Shown here piece by piece: positions 27,972-37,537 of a stretch of DNA of 64,000 bases. This stretch comes from Cenarchaeum sp. Its GTDB lineage: Archaea; Thermoproteota; Nitrososphaeria; Nitrososphaerales; Nitrosopumilaceae. A program made the position numbers and the translations under genes. Under the pieces are notes generated by a model that worked only from the letters and a program-made list of their open reading frames with translations, made no database searches and was not told the DNA's origin. The stretch spans positions 1,611,136 to 1,675,135 of the forward strand of contig CBDESU010000002.1 of assembly GCA_965242695.1 (NCBI GenBank). Reading direction: 5' to 3'. Within the stretch, counting starts at the first letter, position 1. Each line of letters begins with the position of its first letter.

Positions 27972-29794
27972 GCCTGCGCGTAGTACGTGCCGGCCCCCTT
28001 TTGTTCCTTGTCGAGCCGGCTGCCGGCCTTGTTGACGCGCGGCCTTGACGACCTCTCGTCGCGCCGGAACGTCATGTCCAGCGACCTGAGGAACGCGTTC
28101 ATGGCCTCGCCCTTGGGCATCGGCCCGGACGCCTCCCCCGACCGCCCTGGCTCGCCGTCGAACATTACGATAGAGTCGGACACGAGGTCGACGAGCTGTA
28201 TGTCGTGGTCGATGACGACCGCCGCCCTGCCTGCCGTGCGAACGAACTTTTTCATGAACCTGGCAAGGGCGATGCGGTCCTCTACGTCGAGGAACGCCGA
28301 CGGCTCGTCCAGGGCGTACACGTCGGCCTCGCGCAGGAGGCATGCGGCGACGGCGACCTTTTGCAGCTCGCCGCCCGAGAGGGCCGAGATGCGCCTCGGA
28401 TACAGCCTCTTGACGCGCAGGTGGTCGACTATCTGACCCTCGCCGATGCTGCCGGCGACGGGCGCCCCGTTGGCGCGGCTCAGGACGGACTCTACGTCGG
28501 CGCCGCCGCCCTCTTCGTCGCCGCCCCTCCCCTCGCCGGCCCTCAGGTACTGCGGCTTGTACGAGACGCGCGCCTTCTTGAGTACACTCCCAGAGTCGGG
28601 CTCGTCCACGCCGGCGAGCATCCTCATCATCGTGGTCTTGCCGAGGGCGTTGGCGCCCGCCACGCCGAGCACCTCGCCGCGCCGCACCTCGCCGGCGCCG
28701 GCCGACAGGGAGAACCCGGGGTGCGACTTGGAAAGGGCGTTCCACCCGACGAGGGCGTCCTCGGATGCGAACTCGTCGACTCCGCCGCCGGGCGCCGATG
28801 CCGACGCGTCGAGCGTGAACGCCTTGTCGCGAAAGCGGACGTTGTCGCCGGGCAGGTACCCGTCGAGGAACGCATTGATGCCGATCTTTGTCGACAGCAT
28901 GCCCGACACGATGCCGTACGCGGCAGGCTCGCCGTAGAGGACCTCTACGTAGTCGCTCATGTAGTCGAGCAGCGTGAGGTCGTGCTCGACGACCATGACG
29001 CTGCGCCCCTCCTCGGCGAGCGACCGCACGACCCGCGCGACGGCGGCGCGCTGGTACGCGTCGTTGTACGACGACGGCTCGTCGAAAAAGTACAGGTCGG
29101 CATCGCGCGCGGCCGCGGCCGCGACGGCCACCCGCTGCAGCTCGCCGCCGGACAGCTCGGAGACCATGCGGCCCGATGCGCTGTCCAGGCCCAGGTCGCC
29201 GACGAGCCTGTTGCCGGCGCCCCTCTCGTCGTACTTTGAGATGAGGTCGGCCGCCGTGCCGTCAAAGGCCGACGCAATGCGGTCGACGCGCTGCGGCTTT
29301 GTCGAGGTGCGCACGCCGCCGTCGCGGACCGCCTCGAAGTGCGCCTTCATCTCTGTCCCCGAGTAGTAGCCGAGCACCTCGTCCCATCCGGGCTCGTCGT
29401 CGTACCTGCCGAGGTTGGGCCGTATGCGGCCGGCGAGTATGTCCACCACGGTGCTCTTGCCCATGCCGTTGCGGCCGAGCAGCCCGACGACCTGGCCGGC
29501 CTTGGGGGCGGGCAGCCTGTACAGCCGGAACGAGTTGCGGCCGTACTGGTGGACCTTGTCCGAGGACATCTCGGATGCGAGGTTGACGATGCGGATGGCG
29601 TCGAACGGGCACACCTTCACGCAGATGCCGCACCCGTTGCACAGGTCCTCGTCGATGCGCGCCTTTGCCGTCTCCTCGTCGAGCGCGATGCAGTCGGCGC
29701 CTGACTTGTTGACGGGGCAGTACTTTATGCACTCTAGGCCGCACTTGCGCGGCTGGCACGCCTCGCGGTCGAGCACTGCCACGCGGTGGGTCAT
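27968..29794 (-). CDS. rli: Ribosome recycling ATPase ABCE1 (RLI)
   Basis: N-terminal two-[4Fe-4S] Cys motifs and two ABC domains (GRNGMGKST, GANALGKTT, LSGGELQ twice). Confidence 0.97.
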   Translation of the reverse strand: MTHRVAVLDREACQPRKCGLECIKYCPVNKSGADCIALDEETAKARIDEDLCNGCGICVKVCPFDAIRIVNLASEMSSDKVHQYGRNSFRLYRLPAPKAGQVVGLLGRNGMGKSTVVDILAGRIRPNLGRYDDEPGWDEVLGYYSGTEMKAHFEAVRDGGVRTSTKPQRVDRIASAFDGTAADLISKYDERGAGNRLVGDLGLDSASGRMVSELSGGELQRVAVAAAAARDADLYFFDEPSSYNDAYQRAAVARVVRSLAEEGRSVMVVEHDLTLLDYMSDYVEVLYGEPAAYGIVSGMLSTKIGINAFLDGYLPGDNVRFRDKAFTLDASASAPGGGVDEFASEDALVGWNALSKSHPGFSLSAGAGEVRRGEVLGVAGANALGKTTMMRMLAGVDEPDSGSVLKKARVSYKPQYLRAGEGRGGDEEGGGADVESVLSRANGAPVAGSIGEGQIVDHLRVKRLYPRRISALSGGELQKVAVAACLLREADVYALDEPSAFLDVEDRIALARFMKKFVRTAGRAAVVIDHDIQLVDLVSDSIVMFDGEPGRSGEASGPMPKGEAMNAFLRSLDMTFRRDERSSRPRVNKAGSRLDKEQKGAGTYYAQA

Positions 29795-29908
29795 TGCGCC
29801 GCCGCGCCGCCGCGCTGCACATTAACCCTTTGAAGGGGGGTGACGCGGCCCTAACCGCCGCGGCCGGGCGGGACCGGGCGGTAGCGCCGCGCCGCGCCCG
29901 GGCGGCCT

Positions 29909-29974
29909 TTTGCCGCCCGTGCCACTCGGAGGCCTACTTCCCCGGGCACAGGAGCCGATTTGCCGCCCGTGCCA
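29909..29974 (+). repeat. 16-bp direct repeat TTTGCCGCCCGTGCCA x2
   Basis: Copies at 29909-29924 and 29959-29974, immediately upstream of TTAATA (29978). Confidence 0.75.
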
Positions 29975-30007
29975 AGGTTAATAGGCGGGCCGCCGGGCGC
30001 CCCTTCA

Positions 30008-30124
30008 AGCCGGCCATAGCGTCAGGGTGCGACCCAATCCCATTCCGAACTTGGAAGTCAAACCTGGCGTCGCTGTCGTGCTACTAAGATGCGAGAGCTC
30101 TTGGGAAGCGGCAGTGCTGGCATC
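30008..30124 (+). rRNA. rrf: 5S rRNA (not linked to 16S/23S in this window)
   Basis: GCCGGCCATAGCG...GACCCAATCCCATTCCGAACTTGGAAGTCAAACC...GTGCTGGC with terminal helix pairing; ~117 nt, ends approximate. Confidence 0.93.
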
Positions 30125-30171
30125 ATTCATCACACCTCTGTTGCCGCCTGTCCGGCGTGGTACTCGTGCCT

Positions 30172-30277
30172 GGGGATGGCGCGCATCGGACGAGGCACTG
30201 CGACTGCGGCATTGACTGGGCCGGCGGCGGCGAGTCCGCCACTCGGGGATGGCGCGCATCGGACGAGGCACTGCGAC
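30172..30277 (+). repeat. Perfect 33-bp direct repeat x2 with 40-bp spacer
   Basis: GGGGATGGCGCGCATCGGACGAGGCACTGCGAC at 30172-30204 and 30245-30277. Confidence 0.9.
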
Positions 30278-30388
30278 CCTGTGTGGCGCGACGGGGGCGG
30301 TGGATTGGACCCGCGGGCTGTGCGGGACAGCGGTGGCCTGGCGACGCACAGCTTATAACCTACTCGCCGATACCCGCATTGGGGCGCC

Positions 30389-31468
30389 ATGGCGGGGCAA
30401 GAGTATGCAGAGATGCTGTACGGCGGCAGGGGCCTGCAGGGCCTTGCCAGGGCGGCCGACGAGGCGGCCTCTGGGGGCAGTGCGAGGATCAACGCGCTAT
30501 TGCTCCATTCTCGCAAGGATCCCGCAAGGGAGATGCGAGAGTGGGCCCCTGACGACGACATGCGCCCCGACGTGTCCCGCCGGAACGGCAAGGCGGTACT
30601 GACGCTCAGCGAGCGGGGCAGGGATCCCATCCGCATCGCGGTCGTGAAGAGCGGCAGGCAGCCGGATGTGTACTATGCATTGAGCGACTGTTCCTCCGCA
30701 GAGTTCAAGACACGGTTCGTATCTATGTTGGACAGGCATGTCCCCACGATCTCGAGGGTATACCTTTCAAACGCAGAAATGTGCAGCATCGTGGAGGCAG
30801 CTGCAGAGATCTGCAGTGCACGGGTCAAGCTTGTGACGACCAGGTCCCGGCACCCCGGCCGAGAAAAGTTTGACTCGCGCACAGATCGCGTCGACACGCC
30901 GGCAGAGGAGTTCGCCGGCGCGGCCGACGGGGTGGGCTGCGAGATCAGGACGGTGGGACTGGCCTGCAGGCCCGCCGCTTCGGACGGCGGCGATGCCGCG
31001 GGTGGCCCTTGGATGCTGACCGTGTACAGGGACTGCCGCTTTTCGGCAAGGCGCGGGACGGGGATCCTGTTTGGTGCCATACTCCCCCGGGCCGCGGACC
31101 TGGCGGCCGGCAGGGCAGAAAAGCTTCTGGCGTGCGCTAAAACGTCGGAGAGGCGGACCCCCGAGTCACTGATCGTGAGGTTCAAAGATCGTGTGTTTGC
31201 CGATCCTAGCAAGAACCGTTCACGCGTCGATGCGATCGGGGCAATGCCCTATACGGCCATAATCGACCATCCCAGCGATCCGTTTATACACATAACGCTG
31301 GTAGACTACGGCGACGGCTCGTCGTACGGCATCTGGGCACTGGGCAACGATCGGCTTGCAATCATACCTACTATTTTTGCAAGCGGCGCATCCATGTCGA
31401 GGCTGGTCAACCACGTAATGGAAAAATTCGGCGATGCCACTGTCGAGAACTGTGACGGTGGATCATAG
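30389..31468 (+). CDS. Hypothetical protein, first gene of a lower-GC cassette
   Basis: 359 aa globular protein; CTTATAA ~30 nt upstream. Its stop overlaps the next GTG start by 1 nt. Confidence 0.8.
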   Translation: MAGQEYAEMLYGGRGLQGLARAADEAASGGSARINALLLHSRKDPAREMREWAPDDDMRPDVSRRNGKAVLTLSERGRDPIRIAVVKSGRQPDVYYALSDCSSAEFKTRFVSMLDRHVPTISRVYLSNAEMCSIVEAAAEICSARVKLVTTRSRHPGREKFDSRTDRVDTPAEEFAGAADGVGCEIRTVGLACRPAASDGGDAAGGPWMLTVYRDCRFSARRGTGILFGAILPRAADLAAGRAEKLLACAKTSERRTPESLIVRFKDRVFADPSKNRSRVDAIGAMPYTAIIDHPSDPFIHITLVDYGDGSSYGIWALGNDRLAIIPTIFASGASMSRLVNHVMEKFGDATVENCDGGS

Positions 31469-32169
31469 TGGCTGGCATCAGTGCGAAAAACGCCGAGATA
31501 CGCGCGTACGAGTTTACAATAGAGGCGATTGTCTGCCTTGAAAGGGCGTTCAAGGACCTTGCCGGCGCGGGGTTCCGCCAGGGCCCGAAGATGCGCACGG
31601 CGGACGGTGTGGTCGTCACCCCCGACATGGCCTTTGAGTCGGGGGGAGGGCAGGGCGGCGCAGGCTACCGTGCGGTGGGCGAGATCAAGTCGTCGTTTCC
31701 GCAGTACGAGAGTGCCGTCGATCAGATGGTTCGGCAGGTGCGTCACTACGACAGCGGACTTGGCGGATGGAAGGGAGAGGCGTCGTCTTGCGGCGGCGGT
31801 CAGCTCGGCGATCATGACATCGTGATCGGGGTTAGATCCAACCACGCGCACGACTTTGCAGTTAGACTCCCCGTCGCACTTAGGGCGAGGGAGGTGGAAA
31901 TCAAAAGCCCACTCTCGATCATAGGAATCATCCGCAATAAAAATAACAACGGTAACGACCGGTTCCTCCTAAAGAGATCGTTTGGGAGAATCTCCCACAA
32001 AAAGACACATGACGCATTTGGAAAGGGATGGTCGATCAACGCATCTGAGATGACGAATGGGCTCAACAACACGAAGTTTTACGATTCACGCCCTCCGCTG
32101 CCGTACGTCATGTCTGTGCTGTGGGTCAACGTGTTTCTAAACCTTGCCACGGCAAAAAACTTCGTATGA
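31468..32169 (+). CDS. Putative PD-(D/E)xK nuclease-fold protein
   Basis: VTPDMAFE...RAVGEIKSS followed by QMVRQVRHY matches the PD...E-x-K...Q-x-x-x-Y pattern. Confidence 0.65.
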   Translation: MAGISAKNAEIRAYEFTIEAIVCLERAFKDLAGAGFRQGPKMRTADGVVVTPDMAFESGGGQGGAGYRAVGEIKSSFPQYESAVDQMVRQVRHYDSGLGGWKGEASSCGGGQLGDHDIVIGVRSNHAHDFAVRLPVALRAREVEIKSPLSIIGIIRNKNNNGNDRFLLKRSFGRISHKKTHDAFGKGWSINASEMTNGLNNTKFYDSRPPLPYVMSVLWVNVFLNLATAKNFV

Positions 32170-32435
32170 ATGCACAAGTCACCATGGATGTCGAGGTCGG
32201 CAGGATACACCGGCTGGCCTCGAGGCTTGCCCCTCAGTCGAATCCTGGGTGCGTCAAAAGGGCGTGGATAAAGGATTCGATGGAGGAGTTTGTAAGGATC
32301 GGCCTGGCGGAAAGGACGGGCATAGACAAATACAAGATCTTCTATACCATGCACAAGTCACGGCCGCTAGAGTGGCTGGCGGGAATGACGGCCTCTGGAG
32401 CGGACACTCCGAATGGATCCGAGAATTACCTATAG
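32166..32435 (+). CDS. Small winged-helix-like ORF: a separate coupled gene, or the -1 frameshift extension of the nuclease
   Basis: ATGA overlap at 32166-32169; this frame is also open through the A6C run at 32154-32160. WIKDSMEEFVRIGLAERTGIDKYKI resembles a wHTH recognition helix and wing. Confidence 0.55.
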   Translation: MNAQVTMDVEVGRIHRLASRLAPQSNPGCVKRAWIKDSMEEFVRIGLAERTGIDKYKIFYTMHKSRPLEWLAGMTASGADTPNGSENYL

Positions 32436-33166
32436 TGCCCTGCGAACGCCCTCGATATCCGACGGCGGAATCCTAACATGATCGTCACTTGGGACCGCAA
32501 AATTTTTGACGTGAGGCCGCTTCTGGCCGCGCCAGAATGATGCGGCGTAGACCCCCTGCCAATCAAGGACGGGGGTTCTGACGCGGTGCCGCGCCGCGCC
32601 GAGTAGATTGACGCGAACGCCACCCCTGGCCGCGCCGCGCCGGCCAATGTCCGACAGCCCCGATCATGCGCTCGGGGGAGGGCATCGCGCGCCTCTCGAT
32701 CGCACCTTCTGCACTGCACCGTCCGGATCCCGCAATGCGGGGAGACGCTCGGGGAAGGGGAGGCGGGAGCATCCGGATGGCAATGTCTATCCCAGCGAAC
32801 GGAGCCCTCGGGATCGACAGCGGGCGCGCGGCAGGGCAGGGCACGCTGGCGTGGCATCGTGCCGCCCATCAGACTGATGCCGTATCTGCGCCCTTGTCAC
32901 CGGCCTGTGCACGGCGGGAATCTGGACCACCGTAATTCGGCCGGTTCGGCTGCGGCGGCGTGGTCCATACCGCGGCAAGCCCGTGAATGCAACGCACAGG
33001 ATGACAAAATGCCGTCGACACGATGCGGTGACAGGAGTGGCGGCCGTGCGCGAGGCGGCCCGCGCGCATGTGCGGGCCCATCTGTAGCCCCTTTTCATGA
33101 AAAATCCGCCCTTCCGCAGTGCCGCAGCAGAAAACGAATATACCGCGCCGCCGCCGCGGCCCTGCG

Positions 33167-33322
33167 ATGGCGGGCATGCGCGGTGCCGAGTCCAGGACGT
33201 GCACCGTCTGCGGCCAGGCCGTCGAGGGCGACGACATACGGCTGCTCAACCACATGATGGAGCGGCACGGGTTCCGCAACCCAAACGTCGGCAAGCCGGA
33301 CAGGAACAGCCGCGGCTACTAG
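33167..33322 (+). CDS. Small C2H2 zinc-finger protein
   Basis: CTVC-x12-H-x4-H; AATATA ~25 nt upstream. Confidence 0.65.
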   Translation: MAGMRGAESRTCTVCGQAVEGDDIRLLNHMMERHGFRNPNVGKPDRNSRGY

Positions 33323-34917
33323 GGGGCGCTCTTGCGTCGATCGCCGCCGCCGGCCGGCCCGCACAGCCCCGCAAGGTAGTCGAGGATCAGCCTCACCCCG
33401 AACCCCGTCGCGCCCGCCGGGTTGTACGGCCTCTTTGCGGTGCCGACCTGCGTCCATGCGGTGCCGGCAATGTCGATGTGCGCCCACGGCGTCGATTTGA
33501 CCGCCGCGCGCAGGAATGCCGCCGCCGCGGCCGCGCCGGCAGCCCTGCCCGTCCCCATGTTCTTGACATCCGCCACCCTTGAGCGGATCATGTCCATATG
33601 CTCGTCGCCGAGCGGCATCCTCCAGACTGCCTCTGCAGTGCGGGTCGAGGACTCTAGCAGGCCGCCTGCCAGCCCGTCGTCGTTGCTGAACAGGCCGGCC
33701 GTATTGGCGCCGAGGGCCACGACGCACGCGCCCGTGAGGGTCGCCAGGTCGATGATCCCGCGCGGCTCGTACTCGGACTCGGCGTACGAGATGGCGTCGG
33801 CGAGCAGGAGCCTGCCCTCCGCGTCCGTATTGAGTATCTCGGCGGTGCGCCCGCCGTGAAGCCGTACGATGTCGCCGGGCCTGTACGACTCGCCGCCTGG
33901 CATGTTCTCGGCCGACGGTATGATCCCGGCTACGTCGATGGGAAGGCGCATGGCGGCCGCGCCGGCCATGATTCCCAGTACTGCGCACCCGCCGCACTTG
34001 TCGAACTTCATCTCGTCCATCTTTTCGCGCGGCTTTAGGGATATGCCGCCGGTGTCGAACGTCACGGCCTTTCCGACGACGACGACGGGGCGGCGCAGCC
34101 TGCGGTTTCGGCCGGCCGCCCCGCCGCTCCTGTATTCGATCGTGATCAGGCGCGGCCCGTTGGCGCTGCCGCCCCCGACGGCGAGTATGCCGCCGAACCC
34201 GCCCCTCTTCAGGGCCGCGCCGGACATGACGGAGCAGCGCAGCGCGGGGCTGGACGAGCATACCGAGCGTGCCGCGCTCGCCATGCCGGCCGGGGGGCAC
34301 TCGTTGGGCGGCATGTTGCCCGTGTCCCTTGCAATGATTGCGCCGTCGGCCCCGGCGTTTGCCTGCACCACGGCGCGCCGCATGCGCGCAGAGCGCGACT
34401 CGCCGGAGCCGCGCACGACGACGGTGAGCGAGCGCGGAACGGCGCGCCCCCTGCCCGACTTGTAGCGGTCGAACGAGTACAGCGCCAGCCTTGCCCCCTC
34501 TATAATGCGCGCGGCCGACAGGGCGGCATCGGCGCCAGGCGGCACCACGACGGCCAGGCCGGAGCAGCCCGCGTCGGCCGCGGCCCTTGCGGCCGCGCCG
34601 GCCGCATGCCTGACGGCATCGCTTCCAGAGGCGCCGCCGCCCGGTGCCGGGCGCCCCCTGCCCCCTGTCCATGCGAGTATGATCATCCGCGCGGCTGCCA
34701 TTCCCATCGTGTCTATTGCGGCCGTGTAGCCGAGGCGGGCCCGCCTGCCGCTAGCGGCCCTCTTCACCGCATCCGCCACCGCCCTGTCGACCCTCTCGTT
34801 TTCCGTGCCGCCGAGGCCGAGGACGGACTCTGAAGCGGCGGGGTCGACAAGCGCGCACAGGGCCGGCGTGCGGACGGACGCGGCCGGGTTCGAAGCCTCC
34901 CTTACGGCGACCCTCAT
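33319..34917 (-). CDS. pepA: Leucyl aminopeptidase (M17)
   Basis: VGKAVTFDTGGISLKP, MKFDKCGG, NTDAEGRL, DLATLTGA, WAHIDIAGT. Confidence 0.96.
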   Translation of the reverse strand: MRVAVREASNPAASVRTPALCALVDPAASESVLGLGGTENERVDRAVADAVKRAASGRRARLGYTAAIDTMGMAAARMIILAWTGGRGRPAPGGGASGSDAVRHAAGAAARAAADAGCSGLAVVVPPGADAALSAARIIEGARLALYSFDRYKSGRGRAVPRSLTVVVRGSGESRSARMRRAVVQANAGADGAIIARDTGNMPPNECPPAGMASAARSVCSSSPALRCSVMSGAALKRGGFGGILAVGGGSANGPRLITIEYRSGGAAGRNRRLRRPVVVVGKAVTFDTGGISLKPREKMDEMKFDKCGGCAVLGIMAGAAAMRLPIDVAGIIPSAENMPGGESYRPGDIVRLHGGRTAEILNTDAEGRLLLADAISYAESEYEPRGIIDLATLTGACVVALGANTAGLFSNDDGLAGGLLESSTRTAEAVWRMPLGDEHMDMIRSRVADVKNMGTGRAAGAAAAAAFLRAAVKSTPWAHIDIAGTAWTQVGTAKRPYNPAGATGFGVRLILDYLAGLCGPAGGGDRRKSAP

Positions 34918-35033
34918 GCGGCGGGGCCGCGGCGCGACCCTAACTTATACCCGGCGCCCTGTACCGCAGTTCCCCCGCGGCAGCGAGGCGCGCCCTGCCT
35001 GCCGCGCCTGCCTCTGCGGCCCGCCTGCCGGCC

Positions 35034-35474
35034 CTAGCCCTCCACGTCGAGCCTGATGCGGTCGCCGTTGCTGTTCCACGCGTAGATGTCCCCGTCGCCG
35101 TACGGCGCCTTTACTATCAGCGATATGACGCCAAAGAAGTTGTGCAGGTCGGCAAGCGAGGGCCTTGCCGACCCGCTCGGGTGCGAGTGGACGATGCCGA
35201 CGTAGCTCAGGTCTAGCGGCAGAAAGCTGTGCGGAAACCACGCGAACGCGGGGCCTGCCTCGGAGAAGGGCGGGACGACGAGCCCGTCGATGCGCACGTC
35301 CCCGCCCTTGGCCTTGCCCTTGAGGACGAGTATGCCCTCGTTCGGGTGCTTCATGCGGCAGTACGTCAGTATGCCGTCGTGCGCCTCGCGCGTGAGGGTG
35401 ACGACCCTCCTGCTGTCGTCCCTTCCGGCCTTCTTCTGCCCGCCCTTGGCCTTTCCGCGCCCGAACAGCCTCAC
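35034..35474 (-). CDS. JAB/MPN (JAMM) metalloprotease
   Basis: PNE...HSHPSGSARPSLAD JAMM motif. Confidence 0.9.
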   Translation of the reverse strand: MRLFGRGKAKGGQKKAGRDDSRRVVTLTREAHDGILTYCRMKHPNEGILVLKGKAKGGDVRIDGLVVPPFSEAGPAFAWFPHSFLPLDLSYVGIVHSHPSGSARPSLADLHNFFGVISLIVKAPYGDGDIYAWNSNGDRIRLDVEG

Positions 35475-35496
35475 GCCCAGCTCATCTCCAGCCCGC

Positions 35497-36888
35497 TCAC
35501 GCCCCGTCGTCGGGGCGCACCGTATACCTCACGCCGGTAATCTCCGAGACGGCCCCCTCGATGCGCTTGAGGATTCCGGGTATGCGCCCGTCGGCCTCGT
35601 CGGCCTCGGCCCTCATCTGCCGCACCTTGGACTCGGTGTCGTCCGTCTCTGCCCTGTTCCTAGCCAGGTCGGCCTCGAGCGAGCCGAGCCGGCCGGTGTC
35701 GGCCTCGGCGATCCTGCCCTCGATGGCCTTTTCCTCCCGCGCCATGGACCTGGCATCCTCCTCGTACGAGGCGAGCCGCCCCATCTCGTCTCCGAGCAGG
35801 TTCACCGCCTTTGCCTTGTCCTTTACGGTGACCGATCCATTCTCGACGGCCTTCTTGGCGGCGCCGAGTATCTCCGAGACGGCGCCGGCGCCGGCCGACG
35901 TGATGGCCTTGAACGGGTCGTCGATGACGGCGCGCAGCAGGGCCATCTTTTCCTTGTCCATGGCCGAGACGTACTCGTACCGGGACAGGGGCTTTGATAT
36001 CTTTGTGAACCTGTCGGACACGGCGCGCCGCGCCGCGGCCCGGCGGCCCCGCACCGCCTCGATCTCTTCGCGCAGCCTCCCGAGGGCGCCGTACTCTGGC
36101 GAGGCCTTTACCGCCTCGATCTCGCCGGATATGTCCTCGCCGCGCATGCGCAGCCGCACGAGCTTCGAGTCGAGCTCGACGGCCCTGGCGCGCAGCCTCT
36201 CGGCCGACTTGCCGGACCTGTCCATGCGGTCGACGTCTGCCAGCACGCGCTCGGCCGCCTCGGCCGTGTACCTCCGCCCCACGGTGAGGGCCAAGAGCTC
36301 CTTGTAGTCTTCCCCCGTGGACTCTAGTATGGGCTTCATGCGGCCCGCGTACCTTTTGGCGAACGCGTCCATGAACCGCGTCTGCCTGCCGAGGACGTCG
36401 CCGGCCTTCTTGAGCATGCGGCCCGTCGCCTCGGCAAGGGCCACCGCATCGTCGGCCGTCTCCACGTCGGGCAGCGCCGCGCGCGCCTCCTGCCCTATGA
36501 TCGAGATGATCTGGCGCTTGCCGCGCTCGACGATGGCCTGCACCCGCCTGTCGGCGTCCTCGGTGTCCAGGTCGTCCTCCTCGAGCTCGTCGAGTATGTC
36601 GCAGAGATCCTCTAGGCGCGGCATCAGGGCGTCCCTGAGGGACGCGGCGCCGGCGACAAGGGCCCTGTCGCGCACGGCGGCCACCTCTTCGAGGAGCATG
36701 GGCACGTCCGAGACGGATATGTTGGCCGGGTCGATGCGGCCGGCCTGCTCGTCGTCCTCCTCAACGAGCTGCGAGCTCGCCCCGCCGTCGCTTCTCTCCT
36801 CGGCAGCCGCGACGGCGGCGGCCTCGGCGGCGGCCGCAACCTGCGACTCGTCGGGCCTTTTCTTCTTCCTGCCCCAGCCGAATACCAC
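35497..36888 (-). CDS. Long coiled-coil hypothetical protein
   Basis: Heptad-rich helical sequence. Start is probably the GTG of VVFGWGRKK; the ORF extends to 36933. Confidence 0.8.
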   Translation of the reverse strand: MVFGWGRKKKRPDESQVAAAAEAAAVAAAEERSDGGASSQLVEEDDEQAGRIDPANISVSDVPMLLEEVAAVRDRALVAGAASLRDALMPRLEDLCDILDELEEDDLDTEDADRRVQAIVERGKRQIISIIGQEARAALPDVETADDAVALAEATGRMLKKAGDVLGRQTRFMDAFAKRYAGRMKPILESTGEDYKELLALTVGRRYTAEAAERVLADVDRMDRSGKSAERLRARAVELDSKLVRLRMRGEDISGEIEAVKASPEYGALGRLREEIEAVRGRRAAARRAVSDRFTKISKPLSRYEYVSAMDKEKMALLRAVIDDPFKAITSAGAGAVSEILGAAKKAVENGSVTVKDKAKAVNLLGDEMGRLASYEEDARSMAREEKAIEGRIAEADTGRLGSLEADLARNRAETDDTESKVRQMRAEADEADGRIPGILKRIEGAVSEITGVRYTVRPDDGA

Positions 36889-37052
36889 AGCGGCATGCTC
36901 GGCGGGCCGATTAAATGTGTGTTGGGGGCGCATGCGTCCTGCGGCGGCGCCGGGGCGCCGCCCATGCCCGCCCTGCCCGCCCGCGGCGCCTGTTGGGGGG
37001 GGGGGGATCGCGGCGCGATCGACGTAAATACGCCCGGCGCGTGCCGCGCGGC

Positions 37053-37421
37053 GTGAGCGACACGCGCCTGACGATCGCCGGCATCGGACTCGTCTTTGCG
37101 GGGTTCATCATGCTCGGCGTGTTCGGCGGACAGTACGCCGGCCCGTCGATCGAGGCCGAGCAGTTCGGCGACTGCCACCTGTACTCTGACGATGCGCCGC
37201 CCGTCAAGGTGCCGTGCGAGGATGCGGTCGGCTCGCAGACGGCGTTCTTTGCCCTGGTCGTCGGGCTCATAGCGGCCGGAATCGCCGCCCTTGCGCTTGG
37301 CGTGCGCGGCAGGTGGGATCAAAAGGTCAGGCCCGAGGATATGGTGGGCCCCGGAGGCGGCGGGGGCGAGGCGGAGGGCGGCGCGAGCGGGGGCGCGGGG
37401 CGGGGCCCCGGCGGGGCCTAG
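37053..37421 (+). CDS. Two-TM membrane protein
   Basis: Two hydrophobic helices around a Cys-containing loop; RGRWDQKVRPEDMVGPG tail. Confidence 0.75.
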   Translation: MSDTRLTIAGIGLVFAGFIMLGVFGGQYAGPSIEAEQFGDCHLYSDDAPPVKVPCEDAVGSQTAFFALVVGLIAAGIAALALGVRGRWDQKVRPEDMVGPGGGGGEAEGGASGGAGRGPGGA

Positions 37422-37537
37422 GAGCAGGGCGCTCGGATGCCGCTGCCCAAGGCTGGGATCGCCGATCGTGCCTGATCCGCGCCGCCCGGCGCGCCCCGAG
37501 TGGCCTTAAAATATGCCCCCCGCACCGCCGTGGTGAA

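Noticed and set aside
30172-30277. CRISPR array call
   Set aside because: Only two repeats, no cas genes, no AT-rich leader and no typical repeat terminus; kept only as a direct repeat.
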